Shown: one piece after another, positions 12,608 to 25,638 of the stretch | Layout: every line of letters starts with the position of its first letter | How positions within the stretch are numbered: the stretch's first letter is position 1 | DNA from: Octopus vulgaris | Lineage: Eukaryota | DNA length: 64,000 nucleotides | Direction of reading: 5' to 3' | NCBI GenBank assembly: GCA_951406725.2 | Contig: OX597828.1 | Coordinates: 43,772,001-43,836,000 of the forward strand | Position numbers and translations under genes: made by a program | Notes under the pieces: generated by a model | The model's input: the letters and a program-made list of their open reading frames with translations, nothing else | Databases searched by the model: none | Told to the model about the DNA's origin: nothing

Positions 12608-12689
12608 CTCTCGACGCATGTTTCGAAGACAGCATATTTTCATTCCGAAGGAATAAAGGGTGCATTATGCAATCTTCTCATCAGGAAAG
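12608..12689 (-). ncRNA. Type I hammerhead ribozyme, intact core
   Basis: CUUUC-CUGAUGA-GAAGAU..GUCUUC-GAAAC-AUGC-GUC-GAGAG. Confidence 0.85.
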
Positions 12690-12784
12690 AAAAGGAGCCT
12701 CTCTCGACAATGTTATTGCTTTGGTTACAATGTAGGCAATCATCGAAATTTTTGTTTGTCTTGTTGTCGAGAGAGGCTCCTTTT

Positions 12785-12866
12785 CTTTCCTGATGAGAAG
12801 ACTGCATAATGCATCCTTTATTCCTTCGGAATGAAAATATGCTGTCTTCGAAACATGTGTCGAGAG
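12785..12866 (+). ncRNA. Type I hammerhead ribozyme, intact core
   Basis: CUUUC-CUGAUGA-GAAGAC.GCAUA..AUUCC(UUC)GGAAU..UAUGC.GUCUUC-GAAAC-AUGU-GUC-GAGAG. Confidence 0.85.
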
Positions 12867-13104
12867 TCAAGGAATTTTGTTAACATCTTCGTTTGACTCC
12901 TTTCTTTCATTTATTCATATACAACACACACATTTCTACACATGAACCTGGAGTTTCTACCCTTGACAGGTCGCTTCAACCGTGTTTTCTGACGTGAATT
13001 TGCTACCCAGGTTTCGGTTAAACGAATTTTCCATGCTGACGATAAACATAGGATAATTCATTCACCTACTTATATATATATATATATATATATACACATG
13101 TATG

Positions 13105-13164
<60 letters not shown>

Positions 13165-13321
13165 CAGTAAATTATTCGGGAAATGAATATTTATAAATAT
13201 TAATATTGTTTATTATTAGCGAAGGCAATATAAATAGTTGATAATAACAGAAACATTAATAATATAGGTAGCTGCAGACCTAAAAAATAGCATTATACAG
13301 CTAAAGAATTAAAATTATATT

Positions 13322-13492
13322 AATCATAAGGACTCATTAAAGTGTCTACCCGCTAGGAATATTTGAACCACCAAAAAATTAACAATGAAACCAACGGAAA
13401 CTGCTGCTTTGATTGTTAATTTTTTGATGGTTCAAATAAGGGGTTTGACTCTTATTTCTAGCGAGTAGGCACTTTAATGTGTCGTTATGATT
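13322..13492. repeat. Imperfect inverted repeat between microsatellites
   Basis: Arms 13322-13390 and 13408-13492 with a roughly 15-bp indel; contains a GCTAGAAATAA-like motif seen in the 6837 family. Confidence 0.65.
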
Positions 13493-13512
13493 TGTGGATG
13501 TATGTTTGTGTC

Positions 13513-13565
<53 letters not shown>

Positions 13566-13681
13566 TTTTATAACCATACATATACACATGCTCGCAGACA
13601 TCCATTTATATAGTATATGGAATCATGCTTGCGCACATACGGAGATATGAATGTATGTATGTATATATATGTATACATATA

Positions 13682-13742
<61 letters not shown>

Positions 13743-13745
13743 GTA

Positions 13746-13783
<38 letters not shown>

Positions 13784-14755
13784 GATAGCTAGATATATAG
13801 CTATGTATGTATGTTTTCTATATATATATATATATACATATATATATTTGTACATACATACTTACAGGTAAACATACGTACATTTATACGTGCCTACATG
13901 TTTATATATATATACGCACGCACATTTAAATACATGTGTGTGTTTGTATGTGTAAACATGCGGATGCGCGTGCGTGTAGGTAGGCCGTCGTATCAATCAG
14001 ATGGATTCAGCCCTGATAATATTTCGTTATTTGTTCCCTTTAAGTTGTGACATGATCAAGGGGACGTGGCGTTTTGTAATGTCGGTTTCGACATCATAAC
14101 CCGCTCCTGTGCCCATCTAAATGAGAACGTTGTTACAAATAGCACGTTTTAGCTTGTATAGCAAAAGCAGGGAACCTTTAAATATCACTTTACATCCAGA
14201 GTACACGCACAAATTATAGTGGACAGATATAGCAAAAACACTACGGACAATGGGCAGGCCAAATATATCTGCCTTGTCACTTTCACTAAGACCATTAACA
14301 CGTCACAGTTCTGACGTCAAAATTCACTGTAATAATTGGCGCGGTCAATCTATTTGTGCTTCACCACACCCATTTTGCAACCTCCCTTTATTTCGCCTCG
14401 TCCATCGCATCTTTCCTCTTTCCTCTGTCCGCAATCCACTGTCCAGTTAATAGTGCACATTGTGTACAGTTAGTTAATTCCGTGCTGTCCACTTGCTTTC
14501 GTGCGATTAGCTTTTCCACTTTTGCTCTTTATCTTCTTCGTTGCTCTCTGCAATTGGTAACGCTTTTGTTGTTATTGTAGTTGTTGTCTTGTTTTCATTT
14601 TTTTGTTTTTTTTGTTTCTTTTTTGGTTTTTGTGTGTGACATTTTGGCATTTTCTGTGACTCACTATATCTGCAAGGAAAGATCGCTTCGTGCAGACAAA
14701 GAAATCAGCACACCCTCAGATTGAATAAGCTTGATAACACACACACACACACACG

Positions 14756-14834
<79 letters not shown>

Positions 14835-15214
14835 ACTAAACACATACACACACATACACTTACACACTTACACACAACAGTGCGTGCAGATACATGCATA
14901 CGAAGAAATATTACACAGGTATAAAGAATACGAAAATACATATATTTTTGAATTTGTGTATCAGAGAGAACCAAAGATTGGAAGGGGTTCTTTCGTATTC
15001 ACTCGTCTCCCAAGAAATGTCTGACGAATCTCTGACAAACCAAACTCTACTGGAGGAGAAAGCAATGGAGGAGTGAAATCCCAATCTTATACACACACAC
15101 ACATACATATATATATACATATATATGCTGCGTATATGTTAGGTATATATATATATATATATAAATATATATATATAAATATATATAAATATATATATAT
15201 AAATATATATAAGT

Positions 15215-15309
15215 TAAATGGTCTATGACTATTTAATTTTTTCCCACTAGGCCGCTGGTGGCAAAAAAATCTACAAAATTTTTTTTGCCACCCTATATTG
15301 ATTAATTAT
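15215..15309 (+). mobile_element. Fragment of the 6837-7516 element family
   Basis: Nearly identical to 7421-7516, ending at the same TTGATTAATTAT position, embedded in AT microsatellite. Confidence 0.9.
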
Positions 15310-15366
15310 AAATATATATATATATGTGTGTATGTGTGTATGTTTGTGTGTGTGTATGTTTGTATG

Positions 15367-15444
<78 letters not shown>

Positions 15445-16263
15445 TGTATATATAACCAAGAAGAGTATACAAGAGAGACAGAGTCAGGCAGAAACAAGGA
15501 AAATGCCCCTTGCATTTGAATACTATCCAAATATTCTGTTAAAACTTTTTTAATTTTTCAAAATTTAATCGTTTTGCGCACTCAGAGTTGAAAAAGTCTC
15601 AATGACTGAAATCGGTACTAAAACGTATTATGATAAAATTATTTTAGCATTTTCTACCTTGACTATCAATAGAACAACGGCAAGAATATTTTCGTTTTAT
15701 GTAGCTCCAGTTTACTTTTCAAAGTAATCACAGGTATAATAATGGATATTTGGGTTGTTATTAACCCAGTTCTTTAGGGAGTGCAACCACATTCTGTAGC
15801 ATGATTTTTACTGATATAAAAAAGTAGTGTTTGGAGACGAATTGATTGTTACTTGAGTTAAGTTAATTTTTAAAATAAAAACTCATTCATGACATCATTC
15901 TTTTGTGAAGTTTCTAACCAACGAATAGCCCCCACCACCCCACTTCCACATGCACAGTAGATAGTGTACAAGTATATCCATGTATACAAAATCATATTCC
16001 AGGTGCAGTATCTCCATATTTCTCATTAATTTATAACATATATTTTCTTTTTATTTTCATTTTATCAATAATTTATTTTAACCAATGATGTACAGCCGAT
16101 CTCTAATATTTTGCACGTTTTATTTTTCTCGTCCCAAATCATTATTTCTGGCCCATCGTCCTTGCATCTGACAAGAATTTTGACTGAAACATTTCATAAA
16201 ATTATGTCATGTTAATATATTCAGAGCAAGTAATCAAATAATATCGCTAATATATATGCATTA

Positions 16264-16900
16264 AGGTGGCGAGCTGGAAGAAACGTTAACACACTGGGCG
16301 AAATGCTTGGCGGTATTTCGTCTGCCGCTACGTTCTGAGTTCAAATTCTGCCGAGGTCGACTTTACCTTTCATCCTTTCGGGATCGATAAATTAAGTCCC
16401 AGTTACGCACGAGGGTCGATGTAATCGACTTAATCTGTTTGTTTGTCCTTGTTTGTCCCCTCTATGTTTATCCCCTTATGGGCAATAAAGAAATAAGAAA
16501 AGTTGGCACGCCGGGCGAAATGCTTAGCGGTATTTCGCCTGCCGTTACGTTGTGAGTTCAAATTCCGCCGGGGTAGACTTTTCCTTTCATCCTTTCGGGG
16601 TCGGTAAATTAAGTACCAGTTACGCACAGGGGTCGATAAAATCAACTCAACACGTTTGTTTGTTCTTGTTTGTCCCTTCTGTGTTTAGCCCCTTCTGGGT
16701 AGTAAAGAAATATGTATTTCGTCTGCCGTTACGTTCTGAGTTCAAATTCCGCCGTGGTCGACTTTGCCTTCCATCCTTTCGGGGTCGATAAATTAAGTAC
16801 CAGTTACGCACTGGGGTCGATGTAATCGACTTAATCCCTTTGTCCGTCTTTGTTTGTCCCTTCTACGTTTAGTCTCTTGTGGGCAATATAGAAATAAGAA
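16264..16900 (+). mobile_element. SINE family B, three tandem partial units
   Basis: GAGTTCAAATTCCGCCGAGGTCGACTTTGCCTTTCATCCTTTCGGGGTCGATAAATTAAGTACCAG module (with variants) repeated three times; B-box-like GAGTTCAAATTCC. Confidence 0.85.
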
Positions 16901-17142
16901 ACACACGTTCCTTGGAAAATATATTGACGAGCTATTGTCATGCTTATTCTTAATATACACGTCGTAATCACTTCCTATATTGACCTGGTGTTTGGTGCTT
17001 CAGGACACCGCTTTGTTTAGTTATATCATTGACTATGGATTGAAATAGGAGGTTCCTTGGAATACAGCCAGACTGGGATCGAATTCCTTCTGAACGTGTA
17101 GCAGTTATACTCGTTTGGACGCGATATCATTTTAATGTTTAC

Positions 17143-17662
17143 GTATGTATGTATGTATGTATGTATGTATGTATATATGTATGTATGTATGTATGTATGC
17201 AAGCATGTATGTATGTATGTATGTATATATGTATGTATGTATGTATGCATGTATGCATACATGCATGTATGTATGTATGTATATATGTATGTATGCATGT
17301 ATGCATACATGCATGCATGTATGTATGTATGTATGTATGCATGCATGTATGCATACATGCATGCCTGCGTGTATGTATGTATGTATGTATGTATGCATGT
17401 ATGCATACATGCATGTATGTATGTATGTATGTATGCATGTATGCATACATGCATGCTTGCGTGTATGTATGTATGTATGTATGTATGTATGTATGTATGT
17501 ATGTATGCATGTATGCATACATGCATGTATGTATGTATGTATGTATGCATGTATGCATACATGCATGTATGCGTATGTATGTATGTATGTATGTATGTAT
17601 GTATGTATGTATGTATGTATGTATGTATGTATGTATGTATGTATGCATGCATGCATGTATGT
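17143..17662. repeat. (ATGT)n/(ATGC)n compound microsatellite with a higher-order unit
   Basis: The palindrome ATGCATGTATGCATACATGCAT recurs about 7 times within ATGT runs. Confidence 0.9.
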
Positions 17663-18203
17663 ATTCTATGTGTGAGTGTGTGTGCGTTTGTATGTGGTTA
17701 TGTACGTATGTATGTGTATAGGTATATATGTGTGTGTGTGTGTGTGTGAGTATGCTTGTACGTATGGTTGTACATGTGTAGGTTTGTATGTATGCTTCTA
17801 TAATTGTATGTAAGGTTGTATGAAAGTGCATGTATCAATGTATGTGCGTATGTGTGTGTGTAGAGGGGGGGGCTGGTTGGTTGGTTGGTTGGTTGGTTGG
17901 TTGGTTGGTTGGTTGGTTGGTTGGGTGGTTGGCGGGGAAGTAGGTTCGAATATATATGTATGCATACGTATACAGATAGATGCTTACCTGTATGTGAGTA
18001 TGTGTGCATAGACGCATTTACGCACGTAGTTATTTTATCTATAGACACATACGCGCGCGCGCGCAGGCGTGAAGGAATACAGACATATATAGATCCATGC
18101 ACACAAGTATATATGTAAATATGTATGTGCGTATAATGTATGTACGTGTTTGTGTTTGCATTTTCTTCGTGTTTTCATATCAAGGTGTTTTGAAGTCAGG
18201 AGT

Positions 18204-18221
18204 GTTCTTCTTCTTTTTCTT

Positions 18222-18314
<93 letters not shown>

Positions 18315-18357
18315 ATAATAATAATTATTATTATTATTTTCTTCTTATTATTATTAC

Positions 18358-18409
<52 letters not shown>

Positions 18410-18410
18410 T
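18204..18410. repeat. (TTC)n/(TTA)n microsatellite
   Basis: Direct inspection. Confidence 0.95.
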
Positions 18411-18671
18411 CATTTTTTTTCTCATTTTTTGTCTCATTTTTTTTCTCCCCAAAATTATATACGTCTGGTTGTAATGTATCATATTCTATGGGATTTTGTA
18501 GAAATGTACGTAAGCACGAAACGTTTTCACTTTTCTCCTTCCACCCCGCCATTAGCACACACACACACACACACACACATATATACGTGTGTGTGTGTGT
18601 GTCGATGTACGCATCTATATGTATATGTATGGATGCATATATATACATATGTATATATATATATATATATG

Positions 18672-18708
<37 letters not shown>

Positions 18709-18748
18709 GTATATATATACATATATATATATATACATATACATATGA

Positions 18749-18800
<52 letters not shown>

Positions 18801-19239
18801 TTCTTTTTTATCTATATATGTAAACATATTTTACATATATGTATACATATATATATATACATATATGTATATATGTATATGCGTGTGTGTGTGTTTGTGT
18901 GTGTATGTGCGCGCGTGTATGCATGCATGTGTGCATGGTGTATGCATGGAGAAGATTATAGACTCCATTCCAATCCCCTTTGCAAACGCATCTTTGTCTC
19001 TTCCAAACCCTTCACCGCCTTTCTTTAACATTTTTCTTAATCTACTTCTTTTTTCTATCCATCAGATATCTCACCCCCTTATCTTCTTCCAACCTATCCC
19101 CCACCCACATGACCACCCACCACAACTTTCAGATTGGATTTCTCTCGCTCTCTCTCTCTGTCTTTGGAATCGTCCTCTTCATTCGCCCACCCCAATTCTA
19201 TCTCACTCAATTGTCCAATGTCCATATTTCTTGCTATCG

Positions 19240-19351
19240 CAACCAAACCCAACACCGCCACCAAAACCACCATTACTACCACCACCACCACAACCACCAC
19301 CGCCACTACCACCACAACCACCACCCCACCACCACCACAACCAACGCCACC

Positions 19352-19383
<32 letters not shown>

Positions 19384-20430
19384 CAACAATACCCAACACC
19401 AACAACACCAACATCACCGCCGACACTACCATCATTAACATCACAACTACCACCAACATGGTTACCACCACCACCACCGCCACTACCATCATTACAACTA
19501 CCACCAACAGACCCTTTCCCCCACCGTCACCAGCATCACAAACCATCTCCGTAACACCACTATGATAACCACCACCACCATAACCACAACTAACACCACC
19601 ACCACTATCACCACCACAAGCTCATCCATTGGAAGCACCACCACCACCAACAACTCTACTAGTAATATCAACACCCCCACTATCACCTTCCAACCGTCAC
19701 CATCATGACAGACTCTACTGCCACCACCACCATCACCATCACCATTATCTCCATCACAACTAATAATAACTCCATCACAGCCACTATGATAACGATCATT
19801 ACCAATTAACCAACACACCGCCACCGCTACCACCACCACCACCACCACCACCACCACCAACCATTACCACCACTAGTACCATCATCATCATCATCCTACC
19901 TACCAGTCATCGAACTATCATCATTATCATGACAACCACCACCACCACCACCACCACCGCCAGCACCACCATCACTAATATTATCAGAAGAGAAAGCACC
20001 ACTGCTTTTAACAGTTCAACAACCATCAATACCAACACCACCACCACCACCAGCACGACAATTATCACTGCTGTCAGTTCTACTCCCACCCCATCCAACG
20101 ATCACCAACGACTCAACCACCACCACCAATACCACCACCACCACCATCGCCACCATCACCACCATCATCGTCATCATCATCGTCACCATCGTCATCATCG
20201 CCGCTATCTTTAACGCCATCACTACCATCACCTCTGATACCGCAATTATTGTCCGCCACCCTCGATGCTACTCCTCGACACCTCATCCGTTTTCCCCCAT
20301 CTGATAAACACTGCTTCGATTTTCACCACCAACACTTCCACCATCTCAGCCACCGTTACCACTATCCCTCTCACTCTCACCCTTCTTACCATCTCTACCT
20401 TAATTCATATCACACCGACACCACAAAACC
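19240..20430. repeat. Degenerate (ACC/AAC/ATC)n low-complexity tract
   Basis: Mixed trinucleotide runs; the Thr/Pro/His-rich frames are broken by stops. Confidence 0.9.
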
Positions 20431-20462
20431 ACTAGAGTTTTAGTATATAAAATGTGTGTATG

Positions 20463-20567
<105 letters not shown>

Positions 20568-20583
20568 ATGTATATATATATAT

Positions 20584-21012
20584 AGGCGTAGGAGTGGCTG
20601 TGTGGTAAGTAGCTTGTTTACCAACCACATGGTTCCGGGTCCAGTCCTACTGCGTGGCACCTTGGGCAAGTGTCTTCTACTATAGCCTCGAGCCACCAAA
20701 GCCTTGTGGCCGGATTTGGTAGACGGAAACTGAAAGAAGCCCGTGGTATATAGGTGTATATATATATATGTATGTATGTGTATATGTATGTGTGTGTTTG
20801 TGTGTCTGTGGTTGTCCCCCCCCCCAAATCGCTTGTCAACCGATGCTGGTGTGTTTAGGTCTCCGTAACTTAGCGGTTCGGCGAAGGAGACCGATTCAAT
20901 AAGTACTAAGCTTACAAAGAATAAGTCCTAGGATCGATTTGCTCGACTAAAAGGCGGTGCTCCAGCATGGCCACAGTCAAATTACTGAAACAAGTAAAAG
21001 AGTAAAAAAGAG
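20584..21012 (+). mobile_element. SINE family A, full length
   Basis: tRNA-like head (TGGCTGTGTGGTAAG..GGGTCCAGTCC), internal (TA)/(TG) tract, 3' half ending GAAACAAGTAAAAGAGTAAAAAAGAG. Confidence 0.9.
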
Positions 21013-21091
21013 TTATATATATATACATGTATACATATTGGCATTTAAATATAAATAAATATATCTACATATATGTGTGTGTATATGTATA

Positions 21092-21485
21092 TTTTCTTTT
21101 TCTTTTTTCTTTTACTTGTTTCAGTCATTTGACTGCGGCCATGCTGGAGCACCGCCTTTACTCGAGCAAATCGACCCCAGGACTTATTCTATTGGTCTCT
21201 TTTGCCGAACCGCTAAGTGACGGGGACGTAAACACACCAGCATCGGTTGTCAAGCAATGCTAGGGGGACAAACACAGACACACAAACATACACGCACACA
21301 CACATATATATATACTTTTATACGACAGGCTTCTTTCAGTTTCCGACTACCAAATCCACTCACAAGGCATTGGACGGCCCGGGGCTATAGCAGAAGACAC
21401 TTGCCCAAGATGCCACGCAGTGGACTGAACCCGGAACTATGTGGTTGGTAAGCAAGCTACTTACCACACAGCCACTCCTGCGCCT
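21092..21485 (-). mobile_element. SINE family A, near full length
   Basis: Reverse complement of the 20584 copy. A further internally deleted copy lies at 21555-21722. Confidence 0.9.
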
Positions 21486-21744
21486 ATATATATATATATA
21501 TATATATATGAACATACACATACACACACATATATATATATATATGTATATGTATTCTTTTACTTGTTTCAGTCATTTCACCGCAGCTATACTGGAGCAC
21601 CGCCTTTAGTTGGCGAGAGGTTGTAGAAGAAGACACTTGTGTAAGGTGCAACGCAGTGGGACTGAACACGAGACCATGTGATTGATAAGCAAGCTACTTA
21701 CCACACAGTCACGCCTTCGCCGATAGATACATTTATATATACAT

Positions 21745-21785
<41 letters not shown>

Positions 21786-21847
21786 TATATTGAAAGAGAG
21801 AGTGAGTGATAGACAAGTAGACAGATAGATAGATAGACACAGAGACA

Positions 21848-21917
<70 letters not shown>

Positions 21918-21937
21918 TAGATAGATAGATAGAAAGG

Positions 21938-22057
<120 letters not shown>

Positions 22058-22389
22058 GCGACAGACAGATAGATGGATATATTGATATGCATAAGATTTT
22101 GTATCAGTATATTCCTATCATTATAACAACGTAACATTTACCAAGTAACTCCTCCCTGATATATTACTCAATAATGTCTTTCCTTACACTGATTGTCTTC
22201 TCTTCCAGATACTCCTCAATGCAAACTCCTTTCCTTCTCGATCACTTCTAGAAATCACAACTAAATCCTCGTCGAATCACTCACATTAATGTATGTATGG
22301 GTTTTGTATGCAGCCATCCGCGTACCTAATTATATATCTACCTATCCATCCATCCACCAATCTTTGTATATTTAGATGTCTGCTTCTCT

Positions 22390-22460
22390 TATCCATCCAT
22401 CCATCCATCCATTTTCCTTTCCTCCTCCTCCTTCTGCTGAATCTTGTTCTTGTTCATCGC

Positions 22461-22491
<31 letters not shown>

Positions 22492-23168
22492 TTCTTCTTC
22501 TTCTTCTTCTTCTTCTTCTTCTTCTTCTTCTTCTTCTTCTTCTTCTTCTTCTTCTTCTTCTTCTTCTTCTTCTTCTTTCTTCTTCTTCTTCTTCTTCTTC
22601 TTCTTCTTCTTCACCTTCCTCTTCTTCTTCTTCTTCTTTTTCTTCTTCTTCTTCGTCTTCCTTTTCTTCTTCTTTTTCTCCTTCCTCTTCATCAACATCA
22701 TCATCAACATCACCACCACCACCATCACCACCAACATCCTCCTGCTCCTCCTCCTCCTCTCATCATCATCATCATCATCACCATCATCACCATCATCATC
22801 ATCATCTTCAACATCACCTCCACCCCCCACCACCACCACCGACATCAACAATAACAACATCATCCTCATCATCATCATCGTCATCATCATCATCATCCAT
22901 ATTGACACTCTCCTGTGGTCCATCCATTCCTATCTATTTCTCCCTCCCTCTCTTCTCTCTCCACCCTCTCTCATATTCTCTCTCTTCAACTCTAAATCCC
23001 ACCCTCTTATTATTTCTTTACTTTTCCCCGTTACCTCTCACTCCCCCTCTCTCTCTCTCTCCCTCAAATTCTCTTTCCCTCTTTCTCTTATTCCTCGCAT
23101 TTTCTCGTCTATATATGCACTGGACTGTCGCTTATACTTTCACTTTCTCATTCCCCCATCTTTACATA

Positions 23169-23200
<32 letters not shown>

Positions 23201-23418
23201 ACTCTCTTATAGTTTTCTATTTTTCTTCTCTCTCAATTCTATCAATCCATCCGACTATTTTATTCCTTACTCTCCGTTCATCACTTACTCTGGCTCCCTC
23301 TCTCTTCCTCTCTCTCTCTCTCTCTTCCCCTCTCTGCTTCTCCTCTCTCTCTCTCTCTCTCTCTCCGTCACACACACACGGACAAGTACTCTCACAGACA
23401 CTTTCACCTCTCTCTCCA

Positions 23419-23499
<81 letters not shown>

Positions 23500-23508
23500 G
23501 TCTATCTG

Positions 23509-23565
<57 letters not shown>

Positions 23566-23860
23566 TTATGTATCTATCTATCTATTTCTCTGTCTATTTC
23601 TTTCTTTCTCTCTCTCTCTCTCCATCCATCCATCCATCCATCCATCCATCCATCCATCCTTTCCCATTTATTAACCCATCTTGCTCTTATTCTTTCTGCC
23701 TGCCTTTTAGTCGTCTCTCATACTCACATCACACATATCTCTTAATGTAACACACACAGACACGAACAAGCACCTCTTTCTCTCTCTGTCTCTCTCTCAC
23801 TCTCTCGCTCTCTCTCTCTCTCTCACTCTCTTTCTTTTTCTCTCTGCTTATCTATCGATC
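22390..23860. repeat. Pyrimidine-rich compound microsatellite (CAT, TTC, CT, TCTA, CCAT)
   Basis: Direct inspection; source of the 485-aa artefact ORF. Confidence 0.9.
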
Positions 23861-23984
23861 TGAGAGTCAGTCAGTCAGCCAGCCTATCATTCTGCCTCGT
23901 TTGTCAGCAGTAACACCGTTTGTGTGTTTGTCTCTCTCTCTCTCTCTCTCTCGTTCCTCTCTTCCTCACCTCGTCACTGTTAGC

Positions 23985-24016
<32 letters not shown>

Positions 24017-24798
24017 TGTGTATATGCGTGCGAATGTAGAAGTACGCTTGCCTTTGCCTTTATGTACGTGCGGATGCGAGCGCGCGTGTGTGCGTACAAT
24101 AGCGAAGTAAGATGGCGCTACTGATTAAATCAATGACGTTAAATTCTACAGACGTCCTCGGGTTTTGCGGTTAACCATTGTAAAAAGCCACATCCCTCTG
24201 TGGCTTTCTCTCTTGACAATACATCTGCTATTGTCTGATATTGCTGCAGTGATCGGCTCAGCCGTCTTCACCACAATCGCTGCTGCTGCTGCTGCTGCTG
24301 CTGCTATTGCAATGGAGGCTGCTGCTTGCACCGCCATTACTACTACCACAGCTGCTGCTGCTGCTGCTGCTTTCGACCGCTGTCACTACAGCTACTGCTA
24401 CTCCTTCTTCTGCCATAACCGCTGCTGCTGCTACTCGCAGTGCTATAATGACTGCTGCTGATGGTTTCTATTTCCGCCATAACTGCAAATGGAGACCGCA
24501 GCTCCAACTGCTGCTGCTGATGTTCACATCACATCGCAGTTGCTATCGCTTTCGTTCTCATCTATACTCCTTCGTTCTGCCACGAAAATGGTTAATATAA
24601 GAAAGCCAATAAGGAAAGAATCCTCAACGGGGGTCGCTTAGACCCGTCAATATAAAAGCAGGCAAAAGTCCCCCTCAAAACACCATGTCCCGTCCTTCAA
24701 CGAAAGATCTCCCTGAACCAATAAAAATGGTTCTACCCAATGGAATACTCGTTAGAAAGAACAGGGGGCATCTTCCTCAAATCTACAGCGTATCAATT

Positions 24799-25148
24799 AG
24801 TAAGCCTCAACTTGATGGATGGCCTATTAGAAATAACAGTGTGATCTCCCTCAAATCACAGTATATCATTGTGCATCAATGGATATTTTTGAAACAATAA
24901 GTAAGCCTATACGTGGTAGAAGACTTGTTAGAAATAAAAGCGCGATCGCCCTCAAATCACAGTGTATCGTCGTGCAGCGAACGATATTTTTCAAACAATA
25001 AGTAAGCCTCTGCTTGATGGAAGACCCGTTAGAAATAACAGCGTGATCTACCTCAAATCACAGTGTATTGTCGCGCAACGATATTTTTGAAGTAAGCCTC
25101 TATGTGGTGGAAGAACTGTTAGAAATAACAGCGTGGCCTCCCTCAAAT
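24799..25148 (+). repeat. About 100-bp tandem repeat, 3.5 copies
   Basis: Units start AGTAAGCCT at 24799, 24900, 25001 and 25091; core TTAGAAATAACAGCGTGATCTCCCTCAAATCACAG; degenerate relatives at 24630-24790 and 26085-26230. Confidence 0.85.
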
Positions 25149-25182
25149 CGATCCCTTGCATGAGCACGAGAACTTATTTAAT

Positions 25183-25600
25183 AGGCGCAGGCGGCGTTGC
25201 TCTGTGGTATAAAGATTGCTTCTCAACCACATGGTTGTTGGTTCAGTCTCATTGCATGGCACCTTGGGCAAGTGTCGTCTACTACAGCCTCGGTCCGACC
25301 AAAGCCTTGTGAGTTGATTTGGTAGACGGAAACTCAAAGAAGCCCATCGTATGTGTGAGTGTGTGTGTGTGTGTGTGTATTTATGTGTGGTTGTCTGTGT
25401 TTGTCCGCTTGCCATCATTTGACACCGATGCTGTTGTGTCGATGTCCCCGTAACTTAACGGCTCGACAAAGGATTCCGATAGAAAAAGTACAGGCTTACA
25501 AAGAATAAATCCTGGGGTCTATTTCTTCAACTAAAACCCTTTAAGGCAGTCCTCCTGCATGGCCGCAGTCAAATTACTGGAACATTTGAAAGAATAAAAT
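25183..25600 (+). mobile_element. SINE family A, diverged full length
   Basis: Head, internal (TG)n and 3' half as in other copies. Confidence 0.85.
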
Positions 25601-25638
25601 TATGATCGCAGACTCGTAGGAGGACCTTACTCCTCCAT

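Larger units (their letters stand above)
12560..12914. mobile_element. Divergent inverted repeat (about 150-bp arms) of a hammerhead-bearing PLE-like terminal repeat
   Basis: 12560-12710 is the reverse complement of 12764-12914 with few mismatches; the left end abuts (TA)n; same family at 37425-37610 and 49890-50096. Confidence 0.85.

Noticed and set aside
18589-20231. Pro/Thr/His-rich mucin-like ORFs
   Set aside because: Degenerate ACC/ATC repeats with frame breaks and no convincing splice or signal-peptide context; an exon cannot be fully excluded.
22293-23750. 485-aa ORF, the longest in the track
   Set aside because: Entirely concatenated microsatellites; no domain or codon structure.
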